A program made the position numbers and the translations under genes. This document shows, piece after piece, positions 32,577-45,734 of a stretch of DNA of 64,000 nt (within the stretch, counting starts at the first letter, position 1; each line of letters opens with the position of its first letter). The notes under the pieces are model-generated. The model had not been told where the DNA came from. It made no database searches and was given only the letters and a program-made list of their open reading frames with translations. This stretch comes from Salisapilia sapeloensis CBS 127946 (lineage: Eukaryota > Protista > Oomycota): assembly GCA_023334545.1 (NCBI GenBank), contig JAADVB010000030.1, forward strand, positions 1-64,000, given 5' to 3'.

Positions 32577-35500
32577 ATGCGTTTCGTTTATTCTTATATG
32601 TGTCTTCTCTCCAGCTTTCAACCGTTACCGTCGTCGAGATCAATGTCAACGCATGGAAGGACCAAGGAAGACAAGTGTATCTTGGAAAGCATCGTCCAAT
32701 GCGCTCTCAAGCATGGACACCAAGCCACGATAGATCAGCTGAGACTTGTCTTTGACCAATTCTCGGTAGATGACCTGCAGACGCTGGTGTCTTCTTCAGC
32801 TGAACCAGACGCAGTTGTCTACGCTGTGTTATCGAATGTCCATTGTCTGCTCCTGACGCTTACACATACCCACCTTCAACCGGTTATCGAGCCACTGTCT
32901 TGGACTGCATTGCGTCTCGACTTCTTAGCAAAAGGAGAACACATACGGACCAAGATGCAAAGGCGAATGCGAAAAGTAGCCAAAGGAAAGTCATTTTTGC
33001 CGGCTCAAATCAAAAGTGTGCTTGTCAATACCTCTCTCCATCGTTGTGACTATCAAGAAGAAGGATCCGAGATGCAGGACACTTTCTATCCATGTCTGCT
33101 GCGAGTGTATACCAGCTACCATCCGAGTGTAGCGTCACTTGCTGCGTGGACGTACTTGTGCTTGCTCATACCAGCGCTATCCACTTTTCATCTACGAAAA
33201 CCTCACTTTTCTCCTAGCAATCTGCCAGCTTTCGTCGTCAATTCCAGTCCGAGGTTCCCACCTCAGGCTCGACGTATGAATAGTCCGAAAAAAGCTGTGA
33301 GAAAGCTGCTCCCGATAGAACCTCCATCCAATCCAAAGAAGATGCGGATCGCTGTTAAAATCGGATCGCTATATGCACTCGTGCAGTTCCACTCCGAGCT
33401 ACTTCCCAACGACGGCAATCGATCCTTTACTGCTCAAGAGGAATATAAGCTCGTCTGTGGCGTTATGTTCATCGAGCGTCAGTCAAAGACTCGTAAACGC
33501 GAGTCGATAGATCCCTTTAAAGCAAGAATCCAGTGGCAAACACTAGACCTGCCTTCCTTTGCTGCCGATATGTTGACACAAGAGAACCTTCCTATCATAG
33601 CTAGAAAAGCTTTCCTACTGCAATACTCGCAATCGCTACTCTATTCACGGCTCAAGCAGCACCGTGTATCTTCCATCAGCCGTAGTTTGGAAATGCGCGT
33701 GGACATCAAAATAGGTATTGTGGAAATCTCAGCGTACGCAAAGCAGCTCCACCTTTTGGTACTCGGAAGAGCAATCATTTCAGCAGAGTCCACGCTACGT
33801 AGTCTACATATAATGCTCCATGCAAAGCTCGCTATGGAGATTGCTGGATTGAACGATGGTAGCCAGCATCTGCGCTTTTGCATCCATGGTAAATTACTAC
33901 ACATTGACGACGCATTGACTACTAGTGTAGTATCTTGCCTTCCTTTCACCCTCATCTGCCTTACACCGTCCTCAATGAGCGTTACCAAGGCCAGCAAGCG
34001 TGACATCCAGTGTTTCTATCGACAACTCTCGCAGGCAGTTTGGAATGCTAACAAAGTGCTGGATTGCTGTCCTCAAGGTGATATGACACCGCTGAAGTTA
34101 TTCCCCATGCGTCAGCGGATATGTCCAACGTCTATGGATACAATAATAACGATGATGTATGACTGGAAGCTAGTCGAAATGTTTTACCACTTAAAGGATT
34201 CCCAAGTCCTGTACTCGAATATGCCGAAAGCAGCAAAGGTCAAGCGTTTTGACTTTGAGACATTGGATGCCATGCCAGCAGCGTTTCCAGTCCAAGGACC
34301 CAGGATGCCTCGAGAGGTATTTTCTATTCTCATCTATGTTTGCCGTCCTATAGGTGGAGCATTGTATTCTCATTATGACTTTTTGCAGGGATTCCGGCCG
34401 GAGAAGGAGTATCTCCATCCGCTCTATGCTACAGCACATGTAACCTCTAGTACAACTGCAGACATCTATTCGTTTAATGCGCAAGCGCTGCATGAAGTAC
34501 ATGCGATGTTCCAAACGGCAACGCATAAGCTTCGACTAGTACTCTCGGACGTCACGACACTCATCCACGTGACCAGTGTTTGTCGGCATAAAGACCCTCT
34601 ATGTCTATCAATTACGTTTCTACTAGATGAATCCTCTCCATCTGATACGCTACTTTCGCGGAGGGAAGCGTACGTTTGGTATGTTGCTTCCATTAAATAC
34701 CCACACGACCCACTGCGTCGATATCCACCTCCCTGGCTGTGCGACGTGTATAAAAAAGTTTGGCATCCACGACGAGATGTCAGTGACGAAATGAAAGCAA
34801 TTCTACCTACACACTACTTTCACATTCGAGTTCCAGGTAAAGCGCTGGAGACGGATCTGGAGGCCACATTCTGGAGTCGGCAGTGCGACTGGACTCGTTT
34901 CTTCGCTCAAACAGACATTGACAGGGATGTACTGCGACCAGTCTACGATATGCTTTGTAGGTCTCACCCTCCTTCCGATACAATGGATGGCGTCAAATTC
35001 GCCAAGCTCATGCGGGAATGCGGCATCCAGCCAGCTCTGCTTACGATTGGAGAAGTCGCATACGTATTCACAAGTCATGTGCATCCTAACCATATCCATG
35101 AGCTTCGATACCAAGACTTTCGACGCAGCCTCGAGTCCATCACTAGGACATACGTTCGGCGTAAGCGTAGTGCCATTGGTACCCTTGGCTTACACTCGCT
35201 CCTCTTCGATGTTATGATCGAGGCACCTAGTATACAGCCACTATGGCTACGAGTCATTGAAAGCTGGCGGATACAAGCCAAGAAGGAGTTGCTCGTCCAG
35301 ACAGCAGTAACCTACTGTGGTGCAACACGAATCCAGAGTGCTTGGCGCCGATGGTCTGCTTATTCTCAATTCATGAATAGACTAGCTCAGATCAAACGGA
35401 GGTGGAAAGCAGCAGCGTTGATTCAAAGCAAAGCACGTGCGTTTATCCTATCGAAGCGATACCAGAATGCCAGAGTTAGGATCTGGCAGGTCCAAATGCG

Positions 35501-37760
35501 CATCAAAGCTCGACATGAACTTCGTATACTGCGTGAGGAACGGAGGATATATATAAATCGAATGCTAAGTCGTCTTCAAATGTGGTTTCGATGTCGCTGT
35601 CGAATCCTACGTGTGTGGAAAGAGATGCATGCGAAATGGGTAGCAAGGCGTGCTCGCGCCTTAGCCAAAAGGGCACGACATATGTGTTCTCGGGCACTCC
35701 GACTAGAGTCACGAATGTACCTCTTCGTCTTGTATCGAGAGGAGACTAGTGCTGAGGAAATGAAAGACGGTTTTGAAATGGAGATAGTCGATAGCGTCAC
35801 ATCCCAACATACAACATTTCCTATCAACAGCCAAGAACTTAGTAGACTTCTCCAGGAGAGATACGCACCTTTAATAAGTACTATCAACAGCCGAGACTGC
35901 ATTTCGAGTGAGCAGGATGACGTGCAAAAGATGAATAAAGGCTCTTCATCGCTCCAGACTTTTTATGCAATTGTGGAGCGTCTACGTCCACCGAGATGGC
36001 AGTGCGAGGGTCCATTAACTGTACACTACTATCACAATCGCTTCAACACATCGCTTGGAAAGGTATCTTCGCATTATTTTTCATTTTAAATATATATTTA
36101 TACAAGCTACTTGTGATATGTAGCTTTGCTATAGTGGTGCTGTGAAAGCAATGACGACCGAAGGCTGCGTCTATTTGATCGCGAGGATACTACAACGAAT
36201 GGATAGATTTACAATGAAGCTGTACACGCCAGCAACGTCAGAATGGAAACGATGGGACCTGTCGGCATTCTTCTTGTATCGCGTTCTACAGTTCTTTCAG
36301 TATGCAACGCCACCACTCACTCCGGAGGCTCCTATATCCCCAGCACTGCTTTCGGCTGAAGAACACTGCACCATGAACAATCGAGTTTACGCTCTTCTAA
36401 GAGACAAGCGACATAGTCGACACGCCGTTCATTACTTGGTTGGTTACATCGTCGGATATGGAGAGTTAACACCTACGTATCATTTACTTCCAAATGTCCA
36501 AAACGAGCTAAGAAAAGCAGAGGAACAATGTCGTGTGCACCTAGAGTCAAAGTATGCCATTTTCGTCCAAGCATGTGTTCGAAGACGACTTGCCCAGATG
36601 AAACGATACGAACTAGCCAAGGTACAAGCGTCTCTACTTTATCCTATCGTCTAGACTCACCGTAGTACTCATTTCCTTTGTCCTCTAGGCTGCATACAGG
36701 CGGTACTTTGACCGAGACTTGAAGGAGTATCAGTACGTCGATTACCACAGTGGGAGGACGATTCCAGTCCGTGTCGCTTTGCGTAGTCTCTTCCAGCGAG
36801 ACCTTCCTCCTCCATTGGACGAGTGGGTTCCCATGACAGACTACTTTCCATGTACAACAGAGGAGCAAGTGTACTTTAATCCACGTCGAGGAAGCACAAG
36901 TCGATTCAACTTTGAGACCGTACGATCAATACATACGACATACTCGTTCGACAAGATTGCGTCCATCAAGAGCTCATTGTCATGTATGTGCAGGCGGCCA
37001 TGGAGATACAGAGAGGGTATCGACGCCGGATGTGGTTCGGCATCAGCAACTGGAGCTTGGCATACTTGGTCCGAGCGTACATGTACCACTCCAAGCAAGT
37101 GTCTACGATGGAGTACTCTAAGAAGAAGGAGGCGTTGGAAGTACACTTGCTACAGCACCAGGTACTCGAGTACTAGTTTGAATATCAACCTCTATTCGCT
37201 TTAATACTTGCTATCTTGTACTAGTGGAGATCTGCACTAGCGATCTATGAATCTGCCTTGGAGGTACGTCTCCACATGCATTAACTAGATTCCTATCCTG
37301 CCTCATCCGAAAGCAGTTACTCCCTCACGACCCTCCGCTCGTCATCGGACTAGGAACACTCCTCATCTACTCATGCCAGTACCCCATCCTCCAGTCGTAC
37401 AAGCGTGGCTGCGACCTCGTATCTAGCATCGACACCGACGCCAACAGACAAGTCATCTCCGACCTCGAAGACTACTACTACACCTGGAGCATCTTCCTCG
37501 ACCCGACGAGCTCCGAGGTAGACGTCTACGATCGATAAACGAGCACAGCAACTAACATAGAAGTAGGCTCTCGCCCAGTACGCCGTCTTCCTCCAGTACG
37601 TCCGTCGAGATAAGCTCAAGGTAGCCGTCTATCGTATATTACATCTCGCCCACTCACACGTCCCTAGGCCAGCACACTCTACCGCCGCGCGCTCTCCATC
37701 GACAGCCACAACGACTACGCTCTAACCAACTACAGGCGTCTCCTATCTCCATCTACATAG
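32577..37760 (+). CDS. Very large multi-exon protein with EF-hand/p25-like segment, IQ motifs, WW-like and TPR-like C-terminus
   Basis: MDGVKFAKLMRECGI, IQSAWRRW, IQSKARAF, VQACVRRRL and IQRGYRRR. Terminal exons read ALAQYAVFLQYVRRDKLK / ASTLYRRALSIDSHNDYALTNYRRLL, with stop at 37758-37760. It may contain in-frame introns or be two genes. Confidence 0.65.
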
Positions 37761-37802
37761 CCAAAGGACACGAATGAACTCCCGACCAGTCACCACTTGC
37801 CT

Positions 37803-40800
37803 TCATTCCTCTCCTCTACACACGCGCTCGACGCCTCGTAGCACTTGCTGTGCCACCACCACCATCGGACTCTTCCTCTTCGACGACAGCAACGACACTT
37901 GACGACGGACTCCTTCGCTCGTCACGACATCCACGTACGCCTTCATCTCGGACACAGACGCACAGAGGCAGACAGACCGGAGGAGCTGGAGCTGCGCCAT
38001 CTGGATGGCTAGAGGACTCGACTCGGATGCCAGAGGGGTCAGAGCCATGCGGACGGCCGGATGCAGCTTGAGGCTGTCCATGGAGGCCACGGCTTTCTCC
38101 AGGAACGACAGGAGGAAGGGGTTGAGGCCTCCTTGATGGCGTCGGCACGACCAGAGCTCTCGTTGGAGGAAGACAAGAGTGTCGTCCAGAGCCTCCGGGT
38201 GTGTCTCTAGTAGCGACACTAGCAAGCTACTGCATGTGGAGGTGGAGGGGGTGGTGCTCTTGTCCTGTCCGCAGCCGCAGCAGAGGCTGGTGCAGGTGCG
38301 GAGGAGAGACGCGATGACGAGTGGACCGGCGGGAGTAACGCGGGTACCAAGGGTCTGGAGGATGTTCATGGACGTACGAGACGCTTCTTTCGCGCCATGG
38401 ACACTGTAAAGGACCAAGCGCTCGACGACATGCTGTCGGTACCACTCCGTCGCATACGTTGCGTCAATATGCTCGATAATGGACGATATAGTGTCCAGGA
38501 GTACGAGTTGGTGTGATTGAAGACATTGCAGACGACTTACGAGGAAAGAGACGATCGTCTTGCTTCCCAAGAGCTTGTCGACAGCGGCTTTCCTATCTCC
38601 AGAAGCTTTACACAGGAGTTGGATGGATCGAAAGGCGTTCATGGCAGCCTCGTCATTTGCTCTGGATGTGGCACTGGCATCGACAGCTTCATCTTTGTCT
38701 TGGATGCATGACACAGCGGACGGACGACTGAGGTACGCAGACAGAATATTCTTCATCGCCACAACCGGTGCTTCTGGATCTCCAGAGCATGCATGGAAGA
38801 GACCAGAGACACTGGATGCCAGCAAGGGTTCTCGAATGGCATCGTCCGACGGCAGAAGGAGCTTTACTACGTCCTGATATCGGACCAAGAGCGACGGGAT
38901 GGACAAGTAGCCTCGGACGTCATCTACATGAGACAAGTAGAGTGAACACAGGCGCTGGATGAAGAGGCGGAAGGCGCCCAGCGTCTGCGGATGGCCTTCC
39001 AACAAGTGTGAAGCCTTGGTGGCGTTACGACGGTCGACAGTCACCGATAGCAGGCTATAAATATATCTCCATGGAACAGAAATCGGATACGCGTCCGTCT
39101 TGCACCATGTACGCATCCACGCCGAGACAAAGGCAGATGCAGTGGCATCTTCGCACGACTGCAGCAGTCGGAGGAGCCACTGCACATTGCCTATGATGTC
39201 CTTGGTCGAGTGCTTGTCCACGAGTGCATGCACATCTTCACTCGATGTCAGACCAGTCGCATCCGTCTTCAGCGCTAAAAACGCTCGAGACGCTTCTTCC
39301 CACTCTTCCTTTGGTACTCCGCCGAAAACCATGGAGGAGTATTTCTCCAACAGCAACGTCAGCAGCGTACACCGTTGTTCCTTCGCAAAAGGAGCATGTA
39401 GGATGAAACTCAGGATATGATTACTGAACCACTTGGTCTTCTTCACGCTCATTTTCATCGAGCACGGAACGACTTTGGCTACGAGTGCTTTGAACGCGTC
39501 GTGAGGCTTGGCGTTTGATCGCTGATCCATCCATTCTTGACACAATGACGACGATGCAGACGTTGACGCGTGGGTGAAGAAGAGGACGGTTGCTTCGTGA
39601 AAGGCTATCGAGTCGCACACGGCCGGCAGGTCTACAATCGTCCCATCGAGTAAGACCAAGCGGACAAACGACGTAGCAAGTGGACATAAAGGGGAATTAG
39701 AGCTTCGCGCGACAGTCTTCTCGTCTTCAATGAGCTCGAATACTTGGTGCCCAGCATCCAGGACGTGCCACGCCTGCTCCTCACTCGTCTTTATCGTGTT
39801 CGCCTGCGTCCAAGAGTTGAGCAAGTGCATCCATAGACTGTCCGTGACTTGACGACTGCACTGTCGAGCGCATGCGGCAATCCATGGACTCAAGACGAAC
39901 TTGTGCGTGTTGTCCTCTACAAGACATCGCAACAGTGTTAAGCAAGCAGTGTCATGACTCGATCGGTCTTGAGAATGCGCGTACGATGGGTCGCATCGAC
40001 GAGCGAAGGCCTGGATGATCGGGTACTTGTCGGCCGTGGCCGAGTCGCCTGCTTTGCGCAGTTTGTCCACCATCGGACGCAGCAGTTCTCGCATGAGCTC
40101 CGGCCGCTTGAATAGAAATCGTACTAGTACCTCATCGAGGATCGTGGCGTGGGCACACGGGTAGTAAGCGGTGAGCAGAGTCGTGATCTCGTGCAAAAAG
40201 TCAGCGTCAAAGCCAGCACGCCGCAGCCACTGGCGTACATGCTGCTGAACGACGCGTGCGAGGAACGACTGATTGATGCGTGCGTCGAGTCTTTCCACGA
40301 GCCCCTGTGGCACGAGTTTGACGCTATCTACGCCGTACCGCATCCAGAGCTCACCTTCATCTAGCTTGTCTCTGTCGTCCGACAGCTTCTTCCGGCTGAA
40401 AGCGAAACGGCTATAGGCGTCGCCTCGTCTTCTCCTCTTATGCCCAGATCCGTGCTTGCCACCATTCGGCCGCTCACTCTTCTCTGCCTTGGCAGCAACA
40501 AAGTCAGCCACGGAAACGATCTTATCAGTTGAAAACGACGGCGTCGTTGGCGTTCCACTTCCGCCATCTCCAGCATGCAACAAGGCATTCACATCACTCT
40601 GTCGAGCCCTCCCTTTACCGTTCGTATGTAAACTCGTTTCGGTTTTTTGCTCCGTGGTAAAGCTCGTACTAGTCGAAGATGGGACACTCGACACAAAGTG
40701 TCCATCCACGTGTTCACTCGTCGCTCCGTTCTTCGGACTGGACACGTCGACCATGTCGTCTTGCGCATTCAAGATCTCGGCACCACCAACGCGCAAAGGC

Positions 40801-41057
40801 GGCGTTACCGCCAACGTTGCAGTCGCGCGCGGTGGATCCTGCGTTTTGTTCCAATGTTCACCTGGAGCACTTCGTTGCTTCCTCTTGCGTCCGTCCGTCT
40901 CCTTCTTACTTCTATGTGTCCTCCTGCTCTTCGGAGGCGAGTCCGCCCCATGCGCCATCCGAGCGTGCGGGAGGATGCGCTTGTTTCGGTTGACGGCAAC
41001 TTTGGAAATGACCCAAAGCGCTCGGACCGCTCTTCCTTCTCCACTCGATGCCACCAA
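37803..41057 (-). CDS. Large helical hypothetical protein with basic low-complexity N-terminus
   Basis: 1084-aa uninterrupted ORF. The N-terminus has NLS-like runs (KRKQR, KRRRR) and the rest is Leu/Ala-rich helical. No family recognised; the true start is probably MAHGADSPP. Confidence 0.8.
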   Translation of the reverse strand: MVASSGEGRAVRALWVISKVAVNRNKRILPHARMAHGADSPPKSRRTHRSKKETDGRKRKQRSAPGEHWNKTQDPPRATATLAVTPPLRVGGAEILNAQDDMVDVSSPKNGATSEHVDGHFVSSVPSSTSTSFTTEQKTETSLHTNGKGRARQSDVNALLHAGDGGSGTPTTPSFSTDKIVSVADFVAAKAEKSERPNGGKHGSGHKRRRRGDAYSRFAFSRKKLSDDRDKLDEGELWMRYGVDSVKLVPQGLVERLDARINQSFLARVVQQHVRQWLRRAGFDADFLHEITTLLTAYYPCAHATILDEVLVRFLFKRPELMRELLRPMVDKLRKAGDSATADKYPIIQAFARRCDPSYAHSQDRSSHDTACLTLLRCLVEDNTHKFVLSPWIAACARQCSRQVTDSLWMHLLNSWTQANTIKTSEEQAWHVLDAGHQVFELIEDEKTVARSSNSPLCPLATSFVRLVLLDGTIVDLPAVCDSIAFHEATVLFFTHASTSASSSLCQEWMDQRSNAKPHDAFKALVAKVVPCSMKMSVKKTKWFSNHILSFILHAPFAKEQRCTLLTLLLEKYSSMVFGGVPKEEWEEASRAFLALKTDATGLTSSEDVHALVDKHSTKDIIGNVQWLLRLLQSCEDATASAFVSAWMRTWCKTDAYPISVPWRYIYSLLSVTVDRRNATKASHLLEGHPQTLGAFRLFIQRLCSLYLSHVDDVRGYLSIPSLLVRYQDVVKLLLPSDDAIREPLLASSVSGLFHACSGDPEAPVVAMKNILSAYLSRPSAVSCIQDKDEAVDASATSRANDEAAMNAFRSIQLLCKASGDRKAAVDKLLGSKTIVSFLVSRLQCLQSHQLVLLDTISSIIEHIDATYATEWYRQHVVERLVLYSVHGAKEASRTSMNILQTLGTRVTPAGPLVIASLLRTCTSLCCGCGQDKSTTPSTSTCSSLLVSLLETHPEALDDTLVFLQRELWSCRRHQGGLNPFLLSFLEKAVASMDSLKLHPAVRMALTPLASESSPLAIQMAQLQLLRSVCLCASVSEMKAYVDVVTSEGVRRQVSLLSSKRKSPMVVVAQQVLRGVERVCRGEE

Positions 41058-41238
41058 CCCACTTGTCGGAGTGGCAGTCTATGGAACGTCAACCTCTGCT
41101 TTCTCCACAGGAAGCCACGCTGGATGCTAGAGTGGTGGTGGATGGCAGTATGTGGAAAGTCAACTAAAGAAGGAGAAGAGCTCGATGGGAGCTAGGTAGA
41201 CAAGTAGACGAGTACGTAGCTAAGTGGTCACTAGAGTT

Positions 41239-42738
41239 TTATTCGTTCTGAATGCACTGTTCGACGGTACGGACGGTGGACGCCAATTTGTTCACCGTCT
41301 CGACGTACTCTGCCTCGGGGTCCGAGTCAAACACGATGCCGCCGCCGGCTTGGCAGTACGCCCGCCCGCGCTTCGTCACGATCGTACGGATCGCGATGGC
41401 CGTGTCGAGGCAGCCATTAAAGCTGACGTACCCGACGCTGCCACCGTAGACACCTCGTCGTTCCTTTTCCAAGGAGCAAATGAGCTCCAGCGCCTTGACT
41501 TTCGGCGCGCCGGACAAGGTGCCAGCGGGAAACATGGCGCGGTAGGCGTCGTACACGGTGCGGTCGTCTCGTAAAAGCCCCGTGACGACTGACACGAGGT
41601 GGATGACGTGCGAGTACTTTTCCACCTGCAAGAGCTTCTCGACACGCACCGATCCTGGGTGTGCGACTCGTCCGACGTCATTTCGACCCAAGTCCACGAG
41701 CATAATGTGTTCCGCGCGTTCCTTTTCATCTTCTAACAAATCCTTGGCGAGCGCATCGTCCTCAGCGTCCGTCTTGCCTCGCTTCCGCGTGCCGGCGATG
41801 GGGTGCGTCTCGACCTTGCGCTCTTCGTCGACCTTGACGAGCATCTCGGGCGACGCGCCGACGACCTGGAGCTCGTCTCCGCACTCGAGGTAGAACATGT
41901 AGGGCGACGGGTTGATCATGCGCATCTGGCGGTACAAGTCGAGCGGACTGACGGTCTCCGGGAGGTCGATCGCCAGTCGCTGCGACGGCACGGCCTGGAA
42001 GATATCTCCGTCGACAATGTGCTGCTTGAGCTCCGACACGAACTGCATGTAGCCTTGCTTCCCGACGTTGGAGGACGCTTCGAGGTCGACGGGTGCATAG
42101 TCCTTTGGCGCCTTCGTGGGCGCTTCGCGAGACAGCGGCTGGTCGAGCATGGTCTTGACGTCGAGGATCTTGTTTTTTGCGTCTTGATACGCTGCCTCGA
42201 GGTCGTGCGTGTCGAGACGGCAGTGCGAGACGATCTTGAGCGTGTGGAAGACATGGTCGAAGATGACAACCGTGTCGAAGAACATGTAGAGGCTCTCTGG
42301 GATCTGCAGCACATCCTCCTGGGCGTCCACCACGGGCGCTACTCTCGGCTCAAAGTGCTTAATCGCGTCAAAGCTGCAGTAGCCGACGGCGCCGCCCGTG
42401 AGCGGAACCTGGAGCTCCGGTAGAGAAGCAGCTCGGAACGCTTGCATCTCCTTTTCTAGATTCTTGAGCGGGTCTCCCTGGACCTCTTGGTCGTCTCCAG
42501 TCTTGACGATCTTGAACGGGTTGCTCCCGATGAAGGAAAAGCGAGCGATGCGTTCGCCAGGCGCGACGCTCTCGAGCAAAAAGCAGTGCGACGTGTGCTG
42601 TCGGAGTTTGAGCAAGACGCTCACGGGAGTGTCTAGATCCGCCACGCCGTCCATGTAGACCGGCATGAGGTTCTTGTCGGCATGCTCTGGCTGGGTCTGC
42701 AGCGCTCGCACGCGCTCCAGTGATGGTTCGAGCTTCAT
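41239..42738 (-). CDS. trpE: Anthranilate synthase component I
   Basis: FLLESV, GGAVGYCSFD, GDIFQAVPSQR, NPSPYMFY, GASPEML, HPIAGTRKRG, ERAEHIMLVDLGRND, FPAGTLSGAPK and QAGGGIVFDS. ATG at 42738. Confidence 0.97.
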   Translation of the reverse strand: MKLEPSLERVRALQTQPEHADKNLMPVYMDGVADLDTPVSVLLKLRQHTSHCFLLESVAPGERIARFSFIGSNPFKIVKTGDDQEVQGDPLKNLEKEMQAFRAASLPELQVPLTGGAVGYCSFDAIKHFEPRVAPVVDAQEDVLQIPESLYMFFDTVVIFDHVFHTLKIVSHCRLDTHDLEAAYQDAKNKILDVKTMLDQPLSREAPTKAPKDYAPVDLEASSNVGKQGYMQFVSELKQHIVDGDIFQAVPSQRLAIDLPETVSPLDLYRQMRMINPSPYMFYLECGDELQVVGASPEMLVKVDEERKVETHPIAGTRKRGKTDAEDDALAKDLLEDEKERAEHIMLVDLGRNDVGRVAHPGSVRVEKLLQVEKYSHVIHLVSVVTGLLRDDRTVYDAYRAMFPAGTLSGAPKVKALELICSLEKERRGVYGGSVGYVSFNGCLDTAIAIRTIVTKRGRAYCQAGGGIVFDSDPEAEYVETVNKLASTVRTVEQCIQNE

Positions 42739-43081
42739 CTTGGCTTGCAATATGCTCGGATGATGGGTGTTTTTAATGTGGACCGCGTTGTCCAAGGACG
42801 GAAGCTCACCACCGCAGAGGCGGATTCCAGTAAACTAGCGACCATCAGATTCTTCCGATGGCGTTCCGAGTCCATAGCTGGCTCTAGGTTGGAGGAAGCT
42901 TTATACTGGTACACTTCCTATAACACACCTTGGACAAGGGTACAAGGACCTCGGATGATGGACTAAATAGCCGGTACACGTGGGCATAGTAAAAAGAAGA
43001 TAAATAAAGTGGTCATTTGTAGAGAAAGAGGTGGGTACAGATGATATTCTTGAAAGGCGTACCTGCTACCGAGTGCTCGAG

Positions 43082-44051
43082 ATGTCGCGCTTCCTGGCCG
43101 AACCGCTTACGGAAAAGTCGTCGGAGGATGTGTCTGGCAACGGACTCGCCATTGGCAAGTCATCCATGCAAGGATGGCGAGATACGATGGAGGTACACCT
43201 ACATCATCCGCCCTCGAAAGCTCCTACTGACTCGATCCAATAGGACCAAGACCTCATCCAGCTACCTCTCCATCCGTCCACGCCGGACATTACACTTGTC
43301 GCTGTCTTTGACGGCCACGGAGGAGCCTCCATCTCCCAAGCCATGTACAATCCCTATCAACTACCTGTAACACCTGCCTAACGCCTGCTCTAGTGCCAAC
43401 GAGATTGTCGATCACATCGTCCGGACGGAGGAGTTCAAGACGGATCCGCGCTCACCCGAGTCGCTCGCGGCCGCGCTCTGTAAGGGTTTCCTATCGGCCG
43501 ACTCGTCTCTCCAGCACAATCCGGATTTCGCGTCCAAAACCGATGAGATCGGCTCCACGGGCCTCGTCGCGCTCCTGACGCCGTCCCACGTCCTCAGCGC
43601 CAACGTCGGCGACTCGCGTGCGATCCTGAGTCTCAAATCCGGCGCTGTCGAACAGCTCTCGCTCGACCATAAGCCCGACATGGAGCTCGAGCGCCAGCGT
43701 ATCTTCGCGGCCGGCGGCACCGTCTTCCGCGGTCGCGTCTGCGGCGGTGTCGCCGTCTCTCGCAGCTTCGGTGACTTTTGGTTCAAACGGAACGAAGAGC
43801 TCGCAGCGCACCAGCAGCTCGTGACGGCCGAGCCGTGCATCGGTATCCACAAGCGCCGGTCGGACGACCACTTTCTTCTCTTGGCGTGCGACGGCATCTT
43901 CGACGTCATGTCCAACGACCAGCTCGTGGCCTTCGTCCAGAGCAAGGCGGCGAGGACCAAGAGTCCCAGCGCCGTCTGCGAAGCTCTACTGGACGAGTGT
44001 CTGCGTAAAGGCAGCCGTGATAACATGAGCGCCGTGCTCGTGCTCTTTTAA
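43082..44051 (+). CDS. Protein phosphatase 2C (3 exons)
   Basis: MSRFLAEPLTEK...SSMQGWRDTME/D, VFDGHGG, NVGDSRA, DHKP, VSRSFGD, LACDGIFDV and DNMS. Confidence 0.95.
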
Positions 44052-44085
44052 ATACATCTCGACCGTCCATTTTCTCTCTTTATCC

Positions 44086-45706
44086 ATGTACAAGCTACTT
44101 TGTCGTACGACCTTCTCTAAACGCTCTTGTCTGCGTGCCATGAGCTCCACGCCAGACCTTCAGCGGGTCTGTGTCGTCGGCTCCGGTCCGGCTGGCTTCT
44201 ACGTGGCCAAGTACCTCCTCAAGGACGCACCGGACGTCCGTGTCGATATGCTCGAGGAGCTCCCGACGCCGTTCGGTATGAAGTACTGTCTGCTCCTATC
44301 TAGGCTACTTGCTAACGCTACGCAGGACTCGTCCGCTCGGGCGTCGCGCCGGACCATCCGGAAGTCAAGTCCGTCATGAACGACTTCACGCAGGTCGCGA
44401 CCAACGACCGCTTCGGGTTCCTCGGGAACGTTCGTGTCGGCCGTGACGTGTCGCTCGATGAGCTACGCAAGCGCTACCACGGCGTCGTCCTCGCGTACGG
44501 TGCGTCGGGGGATAAGACACTCGACATCCCGGGCGAAAGCTCGCTACAAGGCGTGCACTCGGCACGAGCGTTCGTGAACTGGTACAATGGTCACCCGTCC
44601 TTCCGCCATCTCGAGCCGGATCTGTCTAAGGACACGGCCGTGGTGCTCGGCCAAGGCAACGTCGCTGTGGACTGTGCGCGGATGCTGACCAAGTCCACGG
44701 CAGAGCTCGAGAAGACGGACATGACGCACCATGCACTCGACGTGCTTAAGCACAGGTACTTCTACTAGTCTACTCTAGATAACTCTTGGCTCATGCGTCT
44801 TCAGCAATGTGAACAAGGTGGTGTTGGTCGGGAGAAGAGGATCGGCACAGGCAGCATTCACAATGAAAGAGCTGCGGGAGCTCACAAGACTCCCGGACGT
44901 GGCGTGTGTCGTGGACCCAGAGGACATGAAGCAGAGCTTGACCGAGAGCTCGCAAGAGGAGATCAAGACGCAGCGAGCTAAGAAACGGATGAATGAGCTC
45001 CTGAGTACGTGTTTGGCTTATCCTGTAAAAGTACCTCGCGTAACGCCATGGCGTAGAGAAAGCGGCCGAGGCCTTTGCGACCAAGGACGAGATGGACAAG
45101 TGTGTCCAGATCAAATTCCTGTCGAAACCGGTGGAGATCCTGCCGGATGAAGATGATCCGACTCGCGTCGGTGGTGTGCGTTTCGAACGAACGAGGCTGG
45201 AGGGACCTCCAGATCAGCAAAAGGCGGTCGGGACGAACGAGTTTGAAGACGTCAAGTGCGGCCTCGTCCTACGTAGCATCGGGTACAAGTCCGCGGGTGT
45301 GGACGACGCGCCGTTCGACGATCAGCGCAATGTCCTCTCGAACGTCCATGGACGTGTGGTGGACACCCAGGCGGACAAGACGCCTGTGCCTGGACTGTAT
45401 TGCTCTGGATGGGTGAAGCGAGGTCCATCCGGCATCATCGGGTCCAACATTATGGATGCGAGAGAGACGGTCGGGTGTATCGTCGAGGACATGGCCAACG
45501 ACAGTCTTCCGACGCCAGAGGCTGAGGGAGGTGTCCAAGCTCTCCAGCAGCTCTTGAAAGAAAGAACTCCGGACAAGCGTCTCGTGACGTGGGAAGACGT
45601 TGGGCGTCTTGAGAAAGAAGAGGTGCGTCGTGGACTACAAGGTGGAAAGCCACGAGAAAAGTTTGTGTCGGTGCAAGACATGCTCGAGTTCATCAGCAAA
45701 CCATAA
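44086..45706 (+). CDS. FDXR: Mitochondrial NADPH:adrenodoxin (ferredoxin) oxidoreductase (4 exons)
   Basis: [60 protein letters not shown] and [12 protein letters not shown]. The N-terminus resembles a transit peptide. Confidence 0.95.
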
Positions 45707-45734
45707 CGATAGACCAACACGATCGTCTTCTCCA

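Noticed and set aside
37371-37619. Separate minus-strand small gene
   Set aside because: The + strand gives coherent spliced terminal exons of the large IQ/TPR gene.
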